From: Eubacteriales bacterium
GTDB taxonomy: Bacteria > Bacillota > Clostridia > Oscillospirales > QAKW01
Reading direction: 5' to 3'
Assembly: GCA_045539335.1 (NCBI GenBank)
Contig: JAZQFD010000025.1
Span: forward strand, 35,545-99,544
DNA: 64,000 nucleotides
Shown here: in pieces, positions 30,513-40,189 of the stretch
How the letters are laid out: each line of letters begins with the position of its first letter
Position numbering within the stretch: the first letter of the stretch is position 1
Position numbers and translations under genes: made by a program
The notes under the pieces: model-generated
Told to the model about the DNA's origin: nothing
What the model saw: only the letters and a program-made list of their open reading frames with translations
The model's database searches: none

Positions 30513-32876
30513 TCAATGATTTTGGAAAACTTTACAATCGGGCAGAAGATGCTCTGCCGTCAGGGGCATGGGGGGAAGGGTTCCCTCTGCCAGCATACGG
30601 GCAAGGCGGCCTCCCACCTGATGTTCGATCAGGCGGCGAATGGAGCGGGCGCCATAGCGTTTATCGGCCCCTTGGGCAGCGACGGCCGCCGCCACATCGG
30701 GAAGAAACTCCACCGCCACACCCTTTTCCGCCAGTCGCTCCCGAAGAGCCTGCAACTGTAAAATGGCCACCTGCTCCAAGGTCTCCTGCTCCAAGGGGTG
30801 AAAGACGATGATTTCATCCAATCGATTGATAAATTCCGGCAAGAAGGCCTTCTCCACCGCCCGTCGAGCGCTTTTTTCCAGATCGCCCCCCTGCTCCTCT
30901 CCAAAGCCCACCGCCTTTTCGAAAAGGGCGGCGCTCCCCAGATTGGAGGTCATAATAATGAGGGTGTTGCGAAAATTGGCCACTCGCCCTTGACCGTCGG
31001 TCAGCCGCCCCTCATCCAAAATATTCAAAAGCACATGAAGCACATCCTTATGGGCTTTTTCGATCTCATCAAACACCACAATGGAATAAGGGTGATTCCG
31101 CACCTGCCGCACCAGCCCCCCTCCTTGCTCATGACCCACATATCCCGGAGGCGAGCCGATGAGACGGGAGACGGAATGGGGCTCCATATACTCTCCCATA
31201 TCATATTTGATGAGGGCATCCTCCTTGCCGAAAAGTTCCTTGGCCAAAAGGCGGGCCAGCTGAGTTTTGCCCACCCCCGTCGGCCCGCAAAAAAGCAGGG
31301 AGCAGGCGGGACGCCGAGGATCTGCCACTCCGGTGCGGCTTCGCAAAAGAGCGGAGCAGAGGCTATCAATAGCGGCATCCTGCCCCAAAAGAGAGGCCTT
31401 CAGGCGTTGGCTCAGCCCCAGATAAGGAGCCTCCTCTCCCTCCGAAAGAGGAATGCCGGTTTTTTCCGCCACCAAGGCGGTGATGTCCGAGGGCGAAAGG
31501 GTGCATTGGGGCTCTTTTTCATCCTGCTCTAAAATCTGCAGTTGTTCCAGTTCCTCCTTCAGCTCCAAGGCGGCGGCAAATTGGCGGGTTCGGATCATCC
31601 GATCCAGCTCCAGCTGCTTTTGCAAAATTTTGCTTCGCTGATGGGTGGTCTGCCCGGTAAAGGAGCGTAGCTGCGCCTTGGCGCCGGCCTCATCCAAAAG
31701 ATCAATGGCTTTATCGGGCAAAAAGCGATCCCCGATATAGCGATTGGAAAGGCGAATGGCGGCCAAAAGGGTCTCTTTGGGATAGCAAACTCCATGGTGC
31801 TGCTCCAAGTCCTCCCGAATTCCCTCTAAGATTTTTAAGGTTTCCTCCTCGGAGGGTTCCTCTACATGAATGGGAGCAAAGCGTCGCTCCAAGGCACCGT
31901 CCTTTTCAATATGGCGGCGGTATTCCTCCAAGGTGGTGGCGCCGATGACCTTCATTTTTCCTCGGGCAAGGGCAGGCTTTAAAATATTGGCGGCATCAAT
32001 AGCCCCCTCAGCGGCGCCTGCCCCCACCAAAATGTGCATTTCATCAATAAAAAGCACCATATTGGGGTCTTTTTCCGCCTCATCCAAAAGAGCCTTTAAG
32101 CGTTCTTCAAATTCGCCCCGATATTTGGTGCCGGCGATCATGGCTGTCAGATCCAGCATATGGATCTGCAGTTCCCGCAGAGCGGCAGGCACCTCTCCCA
32201 AAAGGATTTTGCGGGCAAGCCCCTCCACAATCACCGTTTTCCCCACCCCCGGTTCGCCGATCAGGCAGGGGTTATTTTTATTGCGGCGCATCAGCACTCC
32301 CATCAACTGTTCCAGTTCTTTTTCTCGGCCGATGAGGGGGGTGATATGACCCAAAGCCCCCTCTTTGGTCAGGTTGATGGCATATTTCATGGTGTTTTTG
32401 CCGGAGCGGGAGGGTTTCCCCTTCTCCGATTGCAGGGGCAGATCGCAAAGTCCCATCCGCTCCTGCAGAGCGGCAGAGAGCTTGCGGGGCTCGCAGTTGA
32501 GCTCGGCCAGCAGTTTATAGGCCGCCGCCTCCGGCGCTTCGCAAAGAGCCATCAAAAGATGATCGGTACCCACCACCGAAAAGCCGTAGCGATGAGCGAT
32601 GGAGCCTGCTTTGGTGATCACCCCCTCCAAGCGAGGGGTCATATCATTAATGGAGAGGAGGGTGGGACTGCCGGTGCCGGTATTGCGGCGGATGGCGCTT
32701 TTCACCTTATCGGCGGTAATGGCCTTGGAGATCAACATGCGGGAGGCCACGCCCTCCGTTTCCTTGAGCAGGCCTAAAAGCAGGTGTTCGGTGCCAAGAT
32801 AAGTGTGGCCCAGCTCCTCGGCCAAGGTCAGGCTTCGCTCCAGTGCGTGGGCGGCAAGTTTCGAAAATCGTTCCAT
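30513..32876 (-). CDS. clpC: ATP-dependent Clp protease ATP-binding subunit (ClpC-like)
   Basis: Clp N repeats (GTEHLLLG), GEPGVGKT, GPTGVGKT, PEFINRLD, GARSIRR. Confidence 0.88.
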   Translation of the reverse strand: MERFSKLAAHALERSLTLAEELGHTYLGTEHLLLGLLKETEGVASRMLISKAITADKVKSAIRRNTGTGSPTLLSINDMTPRLEGVITKAGSIAHRYGFSVVGTDHLLMALCEAPEAAAYKLLAELNCEPRKLSAALQERMGLCDLPLQSEKGKPSRSGKNTMKYAINLTKEGALGHITPLIGREKELEQLMGVLMRRNKNNPCLIGEPGVGKTVIVEGLARKILLGEVPAALRELQIHMLDLTAMIAGTKYRGEFEERLKALLDEAEKDPNMVLFIDEMHILVGAGAAEGAIDAANILKPALARGKMKVIGATTLEEYRRHIEKDGALERRFAPIHVEEPSEEETLKILEGIREDLEQHHGVCYPKETLLAAIRLSNRYIGDRFLPDKAIDLLDEAGAKAQLRSFTGQTTHQRSKILQKQLELDRMIRTRQFAAALELKEELEQLQILEQDEKEPQCTLSPSDITALVAEKTGIPLSEGEEAPYLGLSQRLKASLLGQDAAIDSLCSALLRSRTGVADPRRPACSLLFCGPTGVGKTQLARLLAKELFGKEDALIKYDMGEYMEPHSVSRLIGSPPGYVGHEQGGGLVRQVRNHPYSIVVFDEIEKAHKDVLHVLLNILDEGRLTDGQGRVANFRNTLIIMTSNLGSAALFEKAVGFGEEQGGDLEKSARRAVEKAFLPEFINRLDEIIVFHPLEQETLEQVAILQLQALRERLAEKGVAVEFLPDVAAAVAAQGADKRYGARSIRRLIEHQVGGRLARMLAEGTLPPMPLTAEHLLPDCKVFQNH

Positions 32877-32976
32877 GTGGGTACCCCTTCCATCGGTTTT
32901 GCTTCTATTATTGACGCTTTCTTTTCAATATATGATTGAATTTCAGCGGCTATTATGGTAAGATGGGGGGCGGAGC

Positions 32977-33486
32977 GTGATAAAAATGATCCATATTGTG
33001 TTAGTCGAGCCGGAAATTCCGCAAAATACCGGCAATATCTCCCGTACCTGCGCCGCTACCGGCTGTGCCCTGCATTTGGTGGAGCCTTTGGGCTTCTCCA
33101 TTGATGAAAAGGCTGTTCGTCGGGCGGGGCTGGATTATTGGCAGTTTCTGAACCTGACGGTGCATAAAAGCTATGAGGAATTCCAGCAAGCCACCGAAGG
33201 AAAGGGCAAAAAGTATTTTTGCACCACCAAGGCCAAGCATACTTATAGCGAGGTTTCTTATGCCACCGAGGAGGATGTGTATTTCATTTTCGGGCGGGAA
33301 ACCCGAGGGCTCCCCGAGCGGATTTTAAAGCAGCATCCCGATACCTGCATCCGCATCCCCATGATCGAGGAGGCCCGAAGCCTCAATCTTTCCAATGCCG
33401 TTGCCATCATCACCTATGAAGCCCTGCGCCAGCAAAATTTTGAAGCCTTAAAATTGGAAGGCGAGCTGACCGGCAGAATAGATTAA
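32977..33486 (+). CDS. trmL: tRNA (cytidine/uridine-2'-O)-methyltransferase TrmL
   Basis: EPEIPQNTGNI, RRAGLDYW, FGRETRGLP, RSLNLSN. Confidence 0.95.
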   Translation: MIKMIHIVLVEPEIPQNTGNISRTCAATGCALHLVEPLGFSIDEKAVRRAGLDYWQFLNLTVHKSYEEFQQATEGKGKKYFCTTKAKHTYSEVSYATEEDVYFIFGRETRGLPERILKQHPDTCIRIPMIEEARSLNLSNAVAIITYEALRQQNFEALKLEGELTGRID

Positions 33487-33517
33487 TTAAATCAAGCCAC
33501 ACTCTATTAAAAGGAGT

Positions 33518-34627
33518 GTGGCTTTTATTATGTTTGTAAAATTTCTCATCGCCCAAGGGTGCTCTCTCACCGGCGGCTATGTGCAGACCTTGGCCCTTTC
33601 TTGGGTGGCGGCGGACTTTGGCGGGGGGCTTTTGAGCCTTGCTTGCTATATGATCGCCTGCTATCTGCCGGTGGCGGCGCTTTCTTATCCCTTTGGGCGG
33701 TGGCTGGATCGCCGCCCGCAAAAGGGCTGGCTGCTGCTGAGCGAGGGAGTGCTGGCAGGGCTTTCGGTGTTTTTATGGTGGGCGTCGGTAAAGGAATGGC
33801 TGACCTTTCCCTTTTTGCTGATCTTTGGCGGGGTGTGGGGGGTGGTGCGAGCCTTTCAGACCCCCATTTATCAAAGCCTCCCTCGGCGGCTTTCTTCAGA
33901 CCTTTCCAAGGGCACCGCTCTTTTGACGGTGATCACCCATTCTGCCCGAGGGCTGGGGCCGGTGATCGGCGGGCTTCTTTATGCCAAATGGGGCGCCTCC
34001 GCCGCCTTTTTGGCCAATGCTCTTTCCTTTGCCCCCTCCTTGCTGTTTTTAAGTCTGTTGAAGCTTCCCGCTCCCCAAAAATCTGCCAAAACCAACCTGC
34101 GGCAGTGGATAAAGCCCTTATTGGAGATTTTTCTCACCTGCTTTTTGGGGGTCAACTATAATGTGACCTTTGTGGCACTGGTGAAGCAGGCAGAGCTGGG
34201 CACCGCTTCCTATGGTATTGCCATGGGGCTTTTGGGATTGGGGGCCCTTTTGGGCTTTTGGCTCAAAGGGAAGGTGAAAAAAAGCCCCGCTCCGGGGGTG
34301 TTTCTTCCTTGGATGGGCGGGCTGAATCTGGCTCTTTCCTTTTTCAGTAGCATCTGGGCGCAGGGGGTGTGTATTTTCCTTTATGGCATTTTGGATTTTT
34401 GGTATTTTGCCACCGCCTCTTATGGCCTTTCCAAGAAAGCCAAAGAGGAGGAGATCACCGCCGTGATGGGGCTTTATACCGTGGTCACCATCGGTGCTCT
34501 GCCTGCCGGCGCCCTCTTTTGGAGCGCCATTGCCAAAGCATGGGGGCTGAGAATAGCCCTTATCTTGATCGGCATGGGGCTTCTCATTTATGGTTGGCTT
34601 CCCTCAAAAAACAACAGCCGCACTTAG
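33518..34627 (+). CDS. MFS transporter
   Basis: Multiple TM helices, GRWLDRRP motif, GPVIGGLL; start uncertain. Confidence 0.75.
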   Translation: MAFIMFVKFLIAQGCSLTGGYVQTLALSWVAADFGGGLLSLACYMIACYLPVAALSYPFGRWLDRRPQKGWLLLSEGVLAGLSVFLWWASVKEWLTFPFLLIFGGVWGVVRAFQTPIYQSLPRRLSSDLSKGTALLTVITHSARGLGPVIGGLLYAKWGASAAFLANALSFAPSLLFLSLLKLPAPQKSAKTNLRQWIKPLLEIFLTCFLGVNYNVTFVALVKQAELGTASYGIAMGLLGLGALLGFWLKGKVKKSPAPGVFLPWMGGLNLALSFFSSIWAQGVCIFLYGILDFWYFATASYGLSKKAKEEEITAVMGLYTVVTIGALPAGALFWSAIAKAWGLRIALILIGMGLLIYGWLPSKNNSRT

Positions 34628-34643
34628 GTGCGGCTGTTTGCTA

Positions 34644-35285
34644 TTAAAGGTTAAAGGCGTCATTGTAGGTATCGATATAATGCTTGCCGGTCTTTTTCAC
34701 TTCTTCCCAGATTTCGGGCTTCTGATTGTCGTAGACGGCAACGGTATCATAACCGGCCTTGGTGGAGTTGGTAATGGCAATGAGGTTATCTTCAAAATAG
34801 GTGATTTCCTCCGGCTTTACCCCCAGCACATTGGCCACATGATAGAAAAGATCCGGAGAGGATTTGCTCATTTTGAAATCCTCCACCGACCATACATGGG
34901 AGAAAAGGTCAAAAACGCCGTTGTTTTTCAAGCAGGGATCGGTGGCAGGATGGGGAGAGGCGGTCAACACAAAGAGGGAAACCCCCTCCTCTTTTAAATG
35001 AAGAAGAAACTCTTTTACTTGGGGCTTCAGCATGACCTCGGTGGCATAGAGGGGAAAAAGATTATTTTCTATCTCATGCACCAGCTCCTCCACCGACTCG
35101 GTCAGCCCATAATGCTCCCGATAATACTCGGCGCTCTTGGTATAGCCCAAGGGAGTGAGAATTTCAATCAGCTCAGGGCCGTAGGAAATGCCCCGATCGT
35201 CCAGCAGTTTTAAGATGCCCTTGGAATAGGTGGGCATGGAGTTTACCAAGGTGCCGTCTAAATCAAATCCGTATACTTTATTCAT
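34644..35285 (-). CDS. HAD family phosphatase
   Basis: FDLDGTLVNS, LTAS, K, FEDN motifs. Confidence 0.9.
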   Translation of the reverse strand: MNKVYGFDLDGTLVNSMPTYSKGILKLLDDRGISYGPELIEILTPLGYTKSAEYYREHYGLTESVEELVHEIENNLFPLYATEVMLKPQVKEFLLHLKEEGVSLFVLTASPHPATDPCLKNNGVFDLFSHVWSVEDFKMSKSSPDLFYHVANVLGVKPEEITYFEDNLIAITNSTKAGYDTVAVYDNQKPEIWEEVKKTGKHYIDTYNDAFNL

Positions 35286-35300
35286 CTTTTATCTCCTATT

Positions 35301-35597
35301 TTATATTTCGTAGTCAAAGGAGGCCCGAGCGGCGACATTGGGGCGCACGGTATTGTTGGCAATCTCCTGATGAAGGGGATGGCTTTGGTAAGCCTCCAGC
35401 GCTTCTTTACTCTCCAAGGTGGAATCCATCATCAAGTCTCCTGCGGAGCAGGGGAACCCCTCGGTGAGAATGTGCATCTCCAAAAGACCGTCGATTTTCC
35501 CCACCAAGCCCTCCAGTTGGGTCTTGATTTGGGCTTTGATGGCCTCTTTATCGGCAAGGTCTTCCTTTAAAGACCAGATAATCATGTGTTTAACCAT
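35301..35597 (-). CDS. Dabb (stress-responsive alpha/beta barrel) protein
   Basis: MVKHMIIW..L..YQSHPLH..R..FDYE. Confidence 0.85.
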   Translation of the reverse strand: MVKHMIIWSLKEDLADKEAIKAQIKTQLEGLVGKIDGLLEMHILTEGFPCSAGDLMMDSTLESKEALEAYQSHPLHQEIANNTVRPNVAARASFDYEI

Positions 35598-36201
35598 TTT
35601 TTCTCCAAATTAATAATTTTTGCAGATCCTTTTCATTATGAGCGGGCAGTAGCCCCAGCTTGGCAAAGGGGGGGATGGTCAGGGCGAAAAAGGCCGCCAT
35701 GATCGCCACCTCAATGGGCAAAAGCACCGTATTTTTAATCAAGCTGCTTCCCAAGTAGAAAAGATATCCCTTACTGTAGAGCAGGGCGCTCCATAGGGCA
35801 TTGAGCCCCACATGGCAGAGATAATTGGTGCAGACCTTGGCCAAAAACAACCGCCCCAAGGTAATTTTTTGCCGATAGAAAAACAGTCCGTAGATCAAAG
35901 AGACCAGCACCTCGGTGATCATATAGCCGGGGAAATAGGCATAGCCGGTGTTGGCAATAAAAAAGCAAAGGGTATCCACCACCGCCGCCAGCAGCATCCC
36001 CGTTACCGGCCCGTAAACGGCACAGCCGAAGGAGATAATAAAAAAGGTCAGTTTAATCTCCAGCCCCATAAAGAGGGGGATGCGGGCAATGCCGTCCAGC
36101 GCAACGGTGATGGCGCAGATCAAGGCGGCAAACACCAGATGACGAATGTTTTTCAGTTCCTTGGCGGAAGAGCGCCAATAGTCTTTGGTAAAGATGTTCA
36201 T
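35590..36201 (-). CDS. folT: Folate ECF transporter S component
   Basis: YGPVTG..D..YFPGY..LNALW; GGAGGT RBS; THF riboswitch directly upstream. Confidence 0.88.
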   Translation of the reverse strand: MNIFTKDYWRSSAKELKNIRHLVFAALICAITVALDGIARIPLFMGLEIKLTFFIISFGCAVYGPVTGMLLAAVVDTLCFFIANTGYAYFPGYMITEVLVSLIYGLFFYRQKITLGRLFLAKVCTNYLCHVGLNALWSALLYSKGYLFYLGSSLIKNTVLLPIEVAIMAAFFALTIPPFAKLGLLPAHNEKDLQKLLIWRKNG

Positions 36202-36208
36202 AAATACC

Positions 36209-36306
36209 TCCAGCGGGATGCGAGATCTGCACGGCGAAGACTTCTTCTTCGTTCCAAAGACAACTCCCCGTTCTTCGGACACGTGACCCACAAATCTCTA
36301 CTCTGT
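36209..36306 (-). ncRNA. THF (tetrahydrofolate) riboswitch
   Basis: Minus strand reads CAGAGTAG..GTG..AACGGGGAGTTG..ACGAA..GCATCCCGCTG; its 3' end overlaps the folT RBS, suggesting translational control. Confidence 0.85.
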
Positions 36307-36323
36307 GTACGCAGCATATCATA

Positions 36324-37022
36324 TCATAATCTGTATGATTTTGCAAGAATAAATGCTCGTAAAATATCAATGCTTTGGGTGGCGGCTTTGGCGGCGAAGG
36401 TGGGATAGTCCATGGAAGCGTCGCTGCCGGCCCCGTCGGAAAGGGTGCGCAGGATGGCAAAGGGGGTCTCGTTTACATAGCAAACCTGCCCGATGGCCGC
36501 CCCCTCCATCTCGCAGCAATCGGCCGAAAAGGTTTGGCGAATGGCCTCTTTTTTGCCCTCGTCGGCAATAAACTGATCTCCCGAGGCAATGCGCCCTTGC
36601 CGCACGGTAAGTCCCAAGCCCAAGGCGGCTTGGCAAAGAGCGTCGGTCAGCTTCTGGTCCGCCGACAGTTCAATTTTATTAATGCCGGAGATCAATCCCT
36701 TAGGGTCACCGATGGGCGAAGTGTCCATATCATGCTGCACCACATCCTTGGCCAGCACCACATCCAAAAGGCCATAAGAGGGATGGAGCCCGCCTGCTAC
36801 GCCGCAGTTGATGATGCAATCGGGGGCATAGGTCAGGATCATGGTCTGGGCGCAAAGAGCGGCAAACACCTTGCCGATGCCGCAGGTGGCCACCACCACC
36901 TCCTGCTCCTGCCAAAAGCCCTTGATAAAGCGAATGCCGCTGATCCGCTCCTCGCAAGGGGAGGTCAGCTCTTTTTTAATAGCGGCGGTTTCCGCCTCCA
37001 TTGCTCCGATAATACCGATCAT
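36324..37022 (-). CDS. mtnN: 5'-methylthioadenosine/S-adenosylhomocysteine nucleosidase
   Basis: MIGIIGAMEAE, CGIGKV, SGDQF, EMEGAA, RTLSD; start at 37022 overlaps the bioY stop. Confidence 0.94.
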   Translation of the reverse strand: MIGIIGAMEAETAAIKKELTSPCEERISGIRFIKGFWQEQEVVVATCGIGKVFAALCAQTMILTYAPDCIINCGVAGGLHPSYGLLDVVLAKDVVQHDMDTSPIGDPKGLISGINKIELSADQKLTDALCQAALGLGLTVRQGRIASGDQFIADEGKKEAIRQTFSADCCEMEGAAIGQVCYVNETPFAILRTLSDGAGSDASMDYPTFAAKAATQSIDILRAFILAKSYRL

Positions 37023-37510
37023 AGAAAATCTCCGTTTCTTTTGATTTTTTTGGAAAGCTTGATTGCCCCGAAGGCAAGAAAGAAATCTTTGGGCAGATAG
37101 AGAAGGGAGCCGTAAAGCAAGCAAACCCAAAAGGAATTTCCGGAAAGAAGCATCCATTGAAGCACCCCCGCCAAATGGCAAAGGAGCACTCCCAAAAAGG
37201 GAAACACCACGCTGTCTTTGCGGCAAAAGCCTGCCAGCAGTAAAAATCCCCATAAAAAGCCGCCCGTATAGCCCATCAGATGGTGCAATCCCCCTTGCAA
37301 AGAGGAAAAGACCGGTGCGCCCATCGCCCCCAGCAAAAGCCAAATGCCGATGGCGACCATTGCTTTTTTGCGTCCCAAAAGACAGCCGCAAAGAACGACA
37401 CCGAAAACCTGAAAGGAAAGGGGGATTCCTTGAATAGGAAGGGTAAATTGAGAAAGCACCGCCATCAGCGCTGCCGAGAGGGAAATGGCAGTCAGGTGAT
37501 GGACTTTCAT
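37019..37510 (-). CDS. bioY: Biotin transporter BioY
   Basis: IPLSFQ, GAMGAPVF, TGGFLWGF; adjacent to biotin ligase. Confidence 0.88.
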   Translation of the reverse strand: MKVHHLTAISLSAALMAVLSQFTLPIQGIPLSFQVFGVVLCGCLLGRKKAMVAIGIWLLLGAMGAPVFSSLQGGLHHLMGYTGGFLWGFLLLAGFCRKDSVVFPFLGVLLCHLAGVLQWMLLSGNSFWVCLLYGSLLYLPKDFFLAFGAIKLSKKIKRNGDFL

Positions 37511-38280
37511 CGATAATCCTCCAGGGCGATCTCCCCGGAGCCGAAGGCTTGGAGCCCCCGAGCGGTCTCGACCAAGAGAGCACCGAGATCATCCACCCCG
37601 GCCACCTGCCCTTGAAAGCGGGTCTCTCCCTGCACCACCGTCACTCCTTTTCCCAAAAGGAACAGGCGGGAGCGATAGAGAGGAAGGCAAGCGGAAAAAT
37701 CTTTTTGATAAAGGGCAAAAAACCGATCTAAAATGGTGGCGCCCAAGGTGGCAAGCACCGTTTCTTGAGGCGCTTCCTCCAATAAAGCATCGGCAATGGC
37801 GGAAAGAGCGCCGAAGCCTTGGGTCGGCTGATAGACATTCAGCCCGATGCCCAAAATGCAATAGGCAAGGCGGCCGCTCTCGTCGGTGGCGCCTTGGGCA
37901 AGGATGCCCGCCACCTTTTTGCCGTTGAAATAAAGGTCATTGACCCATTTTACCGAAAGGGAAAGCCCCAAAACCTGCTCCACCGCCTCTGCCACCGCCA
38001 CGGCGGCGGTAATGGTCACCTTGGCAGGGTCAAATTCCTCTTGGGGGCGCAGCAGCAGGGAAAAATAGAGCCCGCTCCCTTCGGGGGAGAAAAAGGGGCG
38101 GCCGAAGCGCCCGTAGCCGGCGGTCTGCTTTTTGGCAAAGACCACCGTTCCCTGAGGGGCTTGTTCCTCTGCCATGGTGCGCAGTGCCCGATTGGTGGAA
38201 TCCACCTCCGGCAGATAATGGGCATGAGAGTACCCTCGGTCATATAGTATTTTTAAAAATTCATCTTTCATAGTTTTCAT
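37507..38280 (-). CDS. birA: Biotin--[acetyl-CoA carboxylase] ligase (no HTH domain)
   Basis: DSTN, QTAGYGRFGR, KWVNDL, KKVAGIL. Confidence 0.92.
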   Translation of the reverse strand: MKTMKDEFLKILYDRGYSHAHYLPEVDSTNRALRTMAEEQAPQGTVVFAKKQTAGYGRFGRPFFSPEGSGLYFSLLLRPQEEFDPAKVTITAAVAVAEAVEQVLGLSLSVKWVNDLYFNGKKVAGILAQGATDESGRLAYCILGIGLNVYQPTQGFGALSAIADALLEEAPQETVLATLGATILDRFFALYQKDFSACLPLYRSRLFLLGKGVTVVQGETRFQGQVAGVDDLGALLVETARGLQAFGSGEIALEDYR

Positions 38281-38313
38281 TATATAAGAAAGAAAAAAGA
38301 TGTCAACCGAAAT

Positions 38314-39618
38314 TTAAAGGGTTGACATCCAAAGTCCCAAAAGCGCCAGCGCCAGAGCGGGAAGGGCGCAGGCGGCGCCATAAAGGGTAAACCGCCCGAA
38401 GGAAAGCTTCAAATTTTGGGTTTTTAAAAGCTGCATCCACATCATGCCGGCCAACGCTCCGATGGGGGTAAAGAATGCCCCTAAATTGGACCCGACCACG
38501 GCGGCATAGAGAGCCGCTATTTGTTGCCCGCCGCTGATGGCGGCAGTAATGCCGGAATAGAGCACGCTCATGGGAATATTATTCATGAAATTGGCCGCCA
38601 AAAACGAGGAGATTCCATAGGCGGGAATGGGGGGCAGAGGCCGCAAGAGTTCTGCAATGGCGGCGGTAACGCCATATTTTTCCAGACCCAGCACCAAAAC
38701 AAACATGGAGAGCACAAAGGGTGCCATCTCAAAGGGGGCTCGCCTGAGCACTTCGAGAAGCATCGAAAGGGAACGATGCTTTATCAAAAGATAGAGGGTG
38801 GCGGTAAAAAAGAGGCTGAGAACGGCAACCAAGGAGATCAGCCACATAGGCAGATCCCAAAAAGAGGAAAAGACCATCAGCAAAATGCAAAGTCCCAAAT
38901 GAACGACCCCCAAAAGCACCAAGGGGCGATCCAACCGCACCGAAGGGGTGAAGCTTTGGGTAAGAGGTTGGCGCAGTTTTTTGCCAAACAGCAGCCAAAG
39001 AGCCAAAAAGGAGCCCGCTCCTGCCAAAAGGGTGGGCAAGGCCATAACTTTTAAATAGGGGAAGAAGCCGATGCTTGCTCCGCTGGCCAGATAGATGTTG
39101 GTGGGATTGCCGATCACAAAGATCATGCTCCAGGTATTGGCCGCAATAAATTCACAAAAGAGATAGGGAAAGGGATCCACCTTGGCGTGGCGGGTGAAAT
39201 AGCAGATAAAGGGGGTAAAGGTCAGAACGATAATGTCGTTGGAGGTAAAGACGGTCAAAACGGAAACGGTCAGATAGAGGATAATAAAGAGGGTTTTCTG
39301 ACTGCTTTTTGCCCGAGTCAGCATGGCTTCTGCCAGATAGCGGAAAAAGCCGGCCCAATCCAAAAAGACCGATAAAAGGGTCATGGAAAAAAAGAGGATC
39401 AGAATCTGCAGGGGATTCATGGCGCCGGGGGCGGTTAAATTCTGCCAGACTTCCCGCAACGAGAGAGAACCGCCCAAAATCAGCAGGAGCGCTCCCAAAA
39501 AGGGCGGGATCCAATAAATACTGATCTGTTCTTCCCGCAGGGTGATGGTGGGCTTTATGAACACCAGCAAAATCAATCCCAAGCAGGTGATGATCCCTAC
39601 CGAAACCGCAAAAACCAT
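38314..39618 (-). CDS. ArsB/NhaD (ion transporter superfamily) permease
   Basis: TSNDIIVL, IGNPTNI, NNIPMS, GSNLGA..PIGALA. Confidence 0.82.
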   Translation of the reverse strand: MVFAVSVGIITCLGLILLVFIKPTITLREEQISIYWIPPFLGALLLILGGSLSLREVWQNLTAPGAMNPLQILILFFSMTLLSVFLDWAGFFRYLAEAMLTRAKSSQKTLFIILYLTVSVLTVFTSNDIIVLTFTPFICYFTRHAKVDPFPYLFCEFIAANTWSMIFVIGNPTNIYLASGASIGFFPYLKVMALPTLLAGAGSFLALWLLFGKKLRQPLTQSFTPSVRLDRPLVLLGVVHLGLCILLMVFSSFWDLPMWLISLVAVLSLFFTATLYLLIKHRSLSMLLEVLRRAPFEMAPFVLSMFVLVLGLEKYGVTAAIAELLRPLPPIPAYGISSFLAANFMNNIPMSVLYSGITAAISGGQQIAALYAAVVGSNLGAFFTPIGALAGMMWMQLLKTQNLKLSFGRFTLYGAACALPALALALLGLWMSTL

Positions 39619-39694
39619 GGCAAATTCCTCCTTTCCGCCGGATATTTTAGCATAGTTGCTTGCCATATTCAAGAAGGAGTGCTAAAATATTTCT

Positions 39695-40189
39695 ATGAAA
39701 ATTATAAAAAGCAATCGAAAAACCTTAAGCCTTTGCATCAATCGCCAAGGAGAGCCGGAGGTGCGTGCCCCTTTTTGGTGCTCCCAAAAAGAAATTGAGC
39801 GGTTTGTGGCCGACCATGAGGATTGGCTGAAAAAGCGTCTGGCCGCCTATCGCCCGCCCAAGGTCTATTCCCAAGAGGAGCTTTCCATCTTGCGGGCAGA
39901 GGCAAACGCATATTTTCCCCCAAAGGTGGCGGAATTTGCCGCTTTGATGGGGGTGTCGCCCAGTGGGGTGAAGATCACATCCGCCAAAACCCGCCATGGC
40001 AGTTGCTCTCCCAAGGGCGGTCTTTGCTTTTCTTTGTATCTGATGGAGAACAGTGAGCGGGCAAGGGAGGCGGTGGTGGTCCATGAGCTGGCCCACCTGC
40101 TGCGGCGGGACCATTCCAAGGAATTTTATCGGATCGTGGAGACCTTTCTCCCCGATTATCAACAGCGAGTGAGGGAACTGAAACGATGA
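39695..40189 (+). CDS. YgjP/DUF45 family zinc metalloprotease-like protein
   Basis: RKTLSL, GSCS, VVHELAHL..HS..FY. Confidence 0.85.
   Translation: MKIIKSNRKTLSLCINRQGEPEVRAPFWCSQKEIERFVADHEDWLKKRLAAYRPPKVYSQEELSILRAEANAYFPPKVAEFAALMGVSPSGVKITSAKTRHGSCSPKGGLCFSLYLMENSERAREAVVVHELAHLLRRDHSKEFYRIVETFLPDYQQRVRELKR

Noticed and set aside
36324..37592. 422-aa N-terminally extended MtnN
   Set aside because: The extension overlaps bioY in another frame; the nucleosidase begins at MIGIIGAM (37022)
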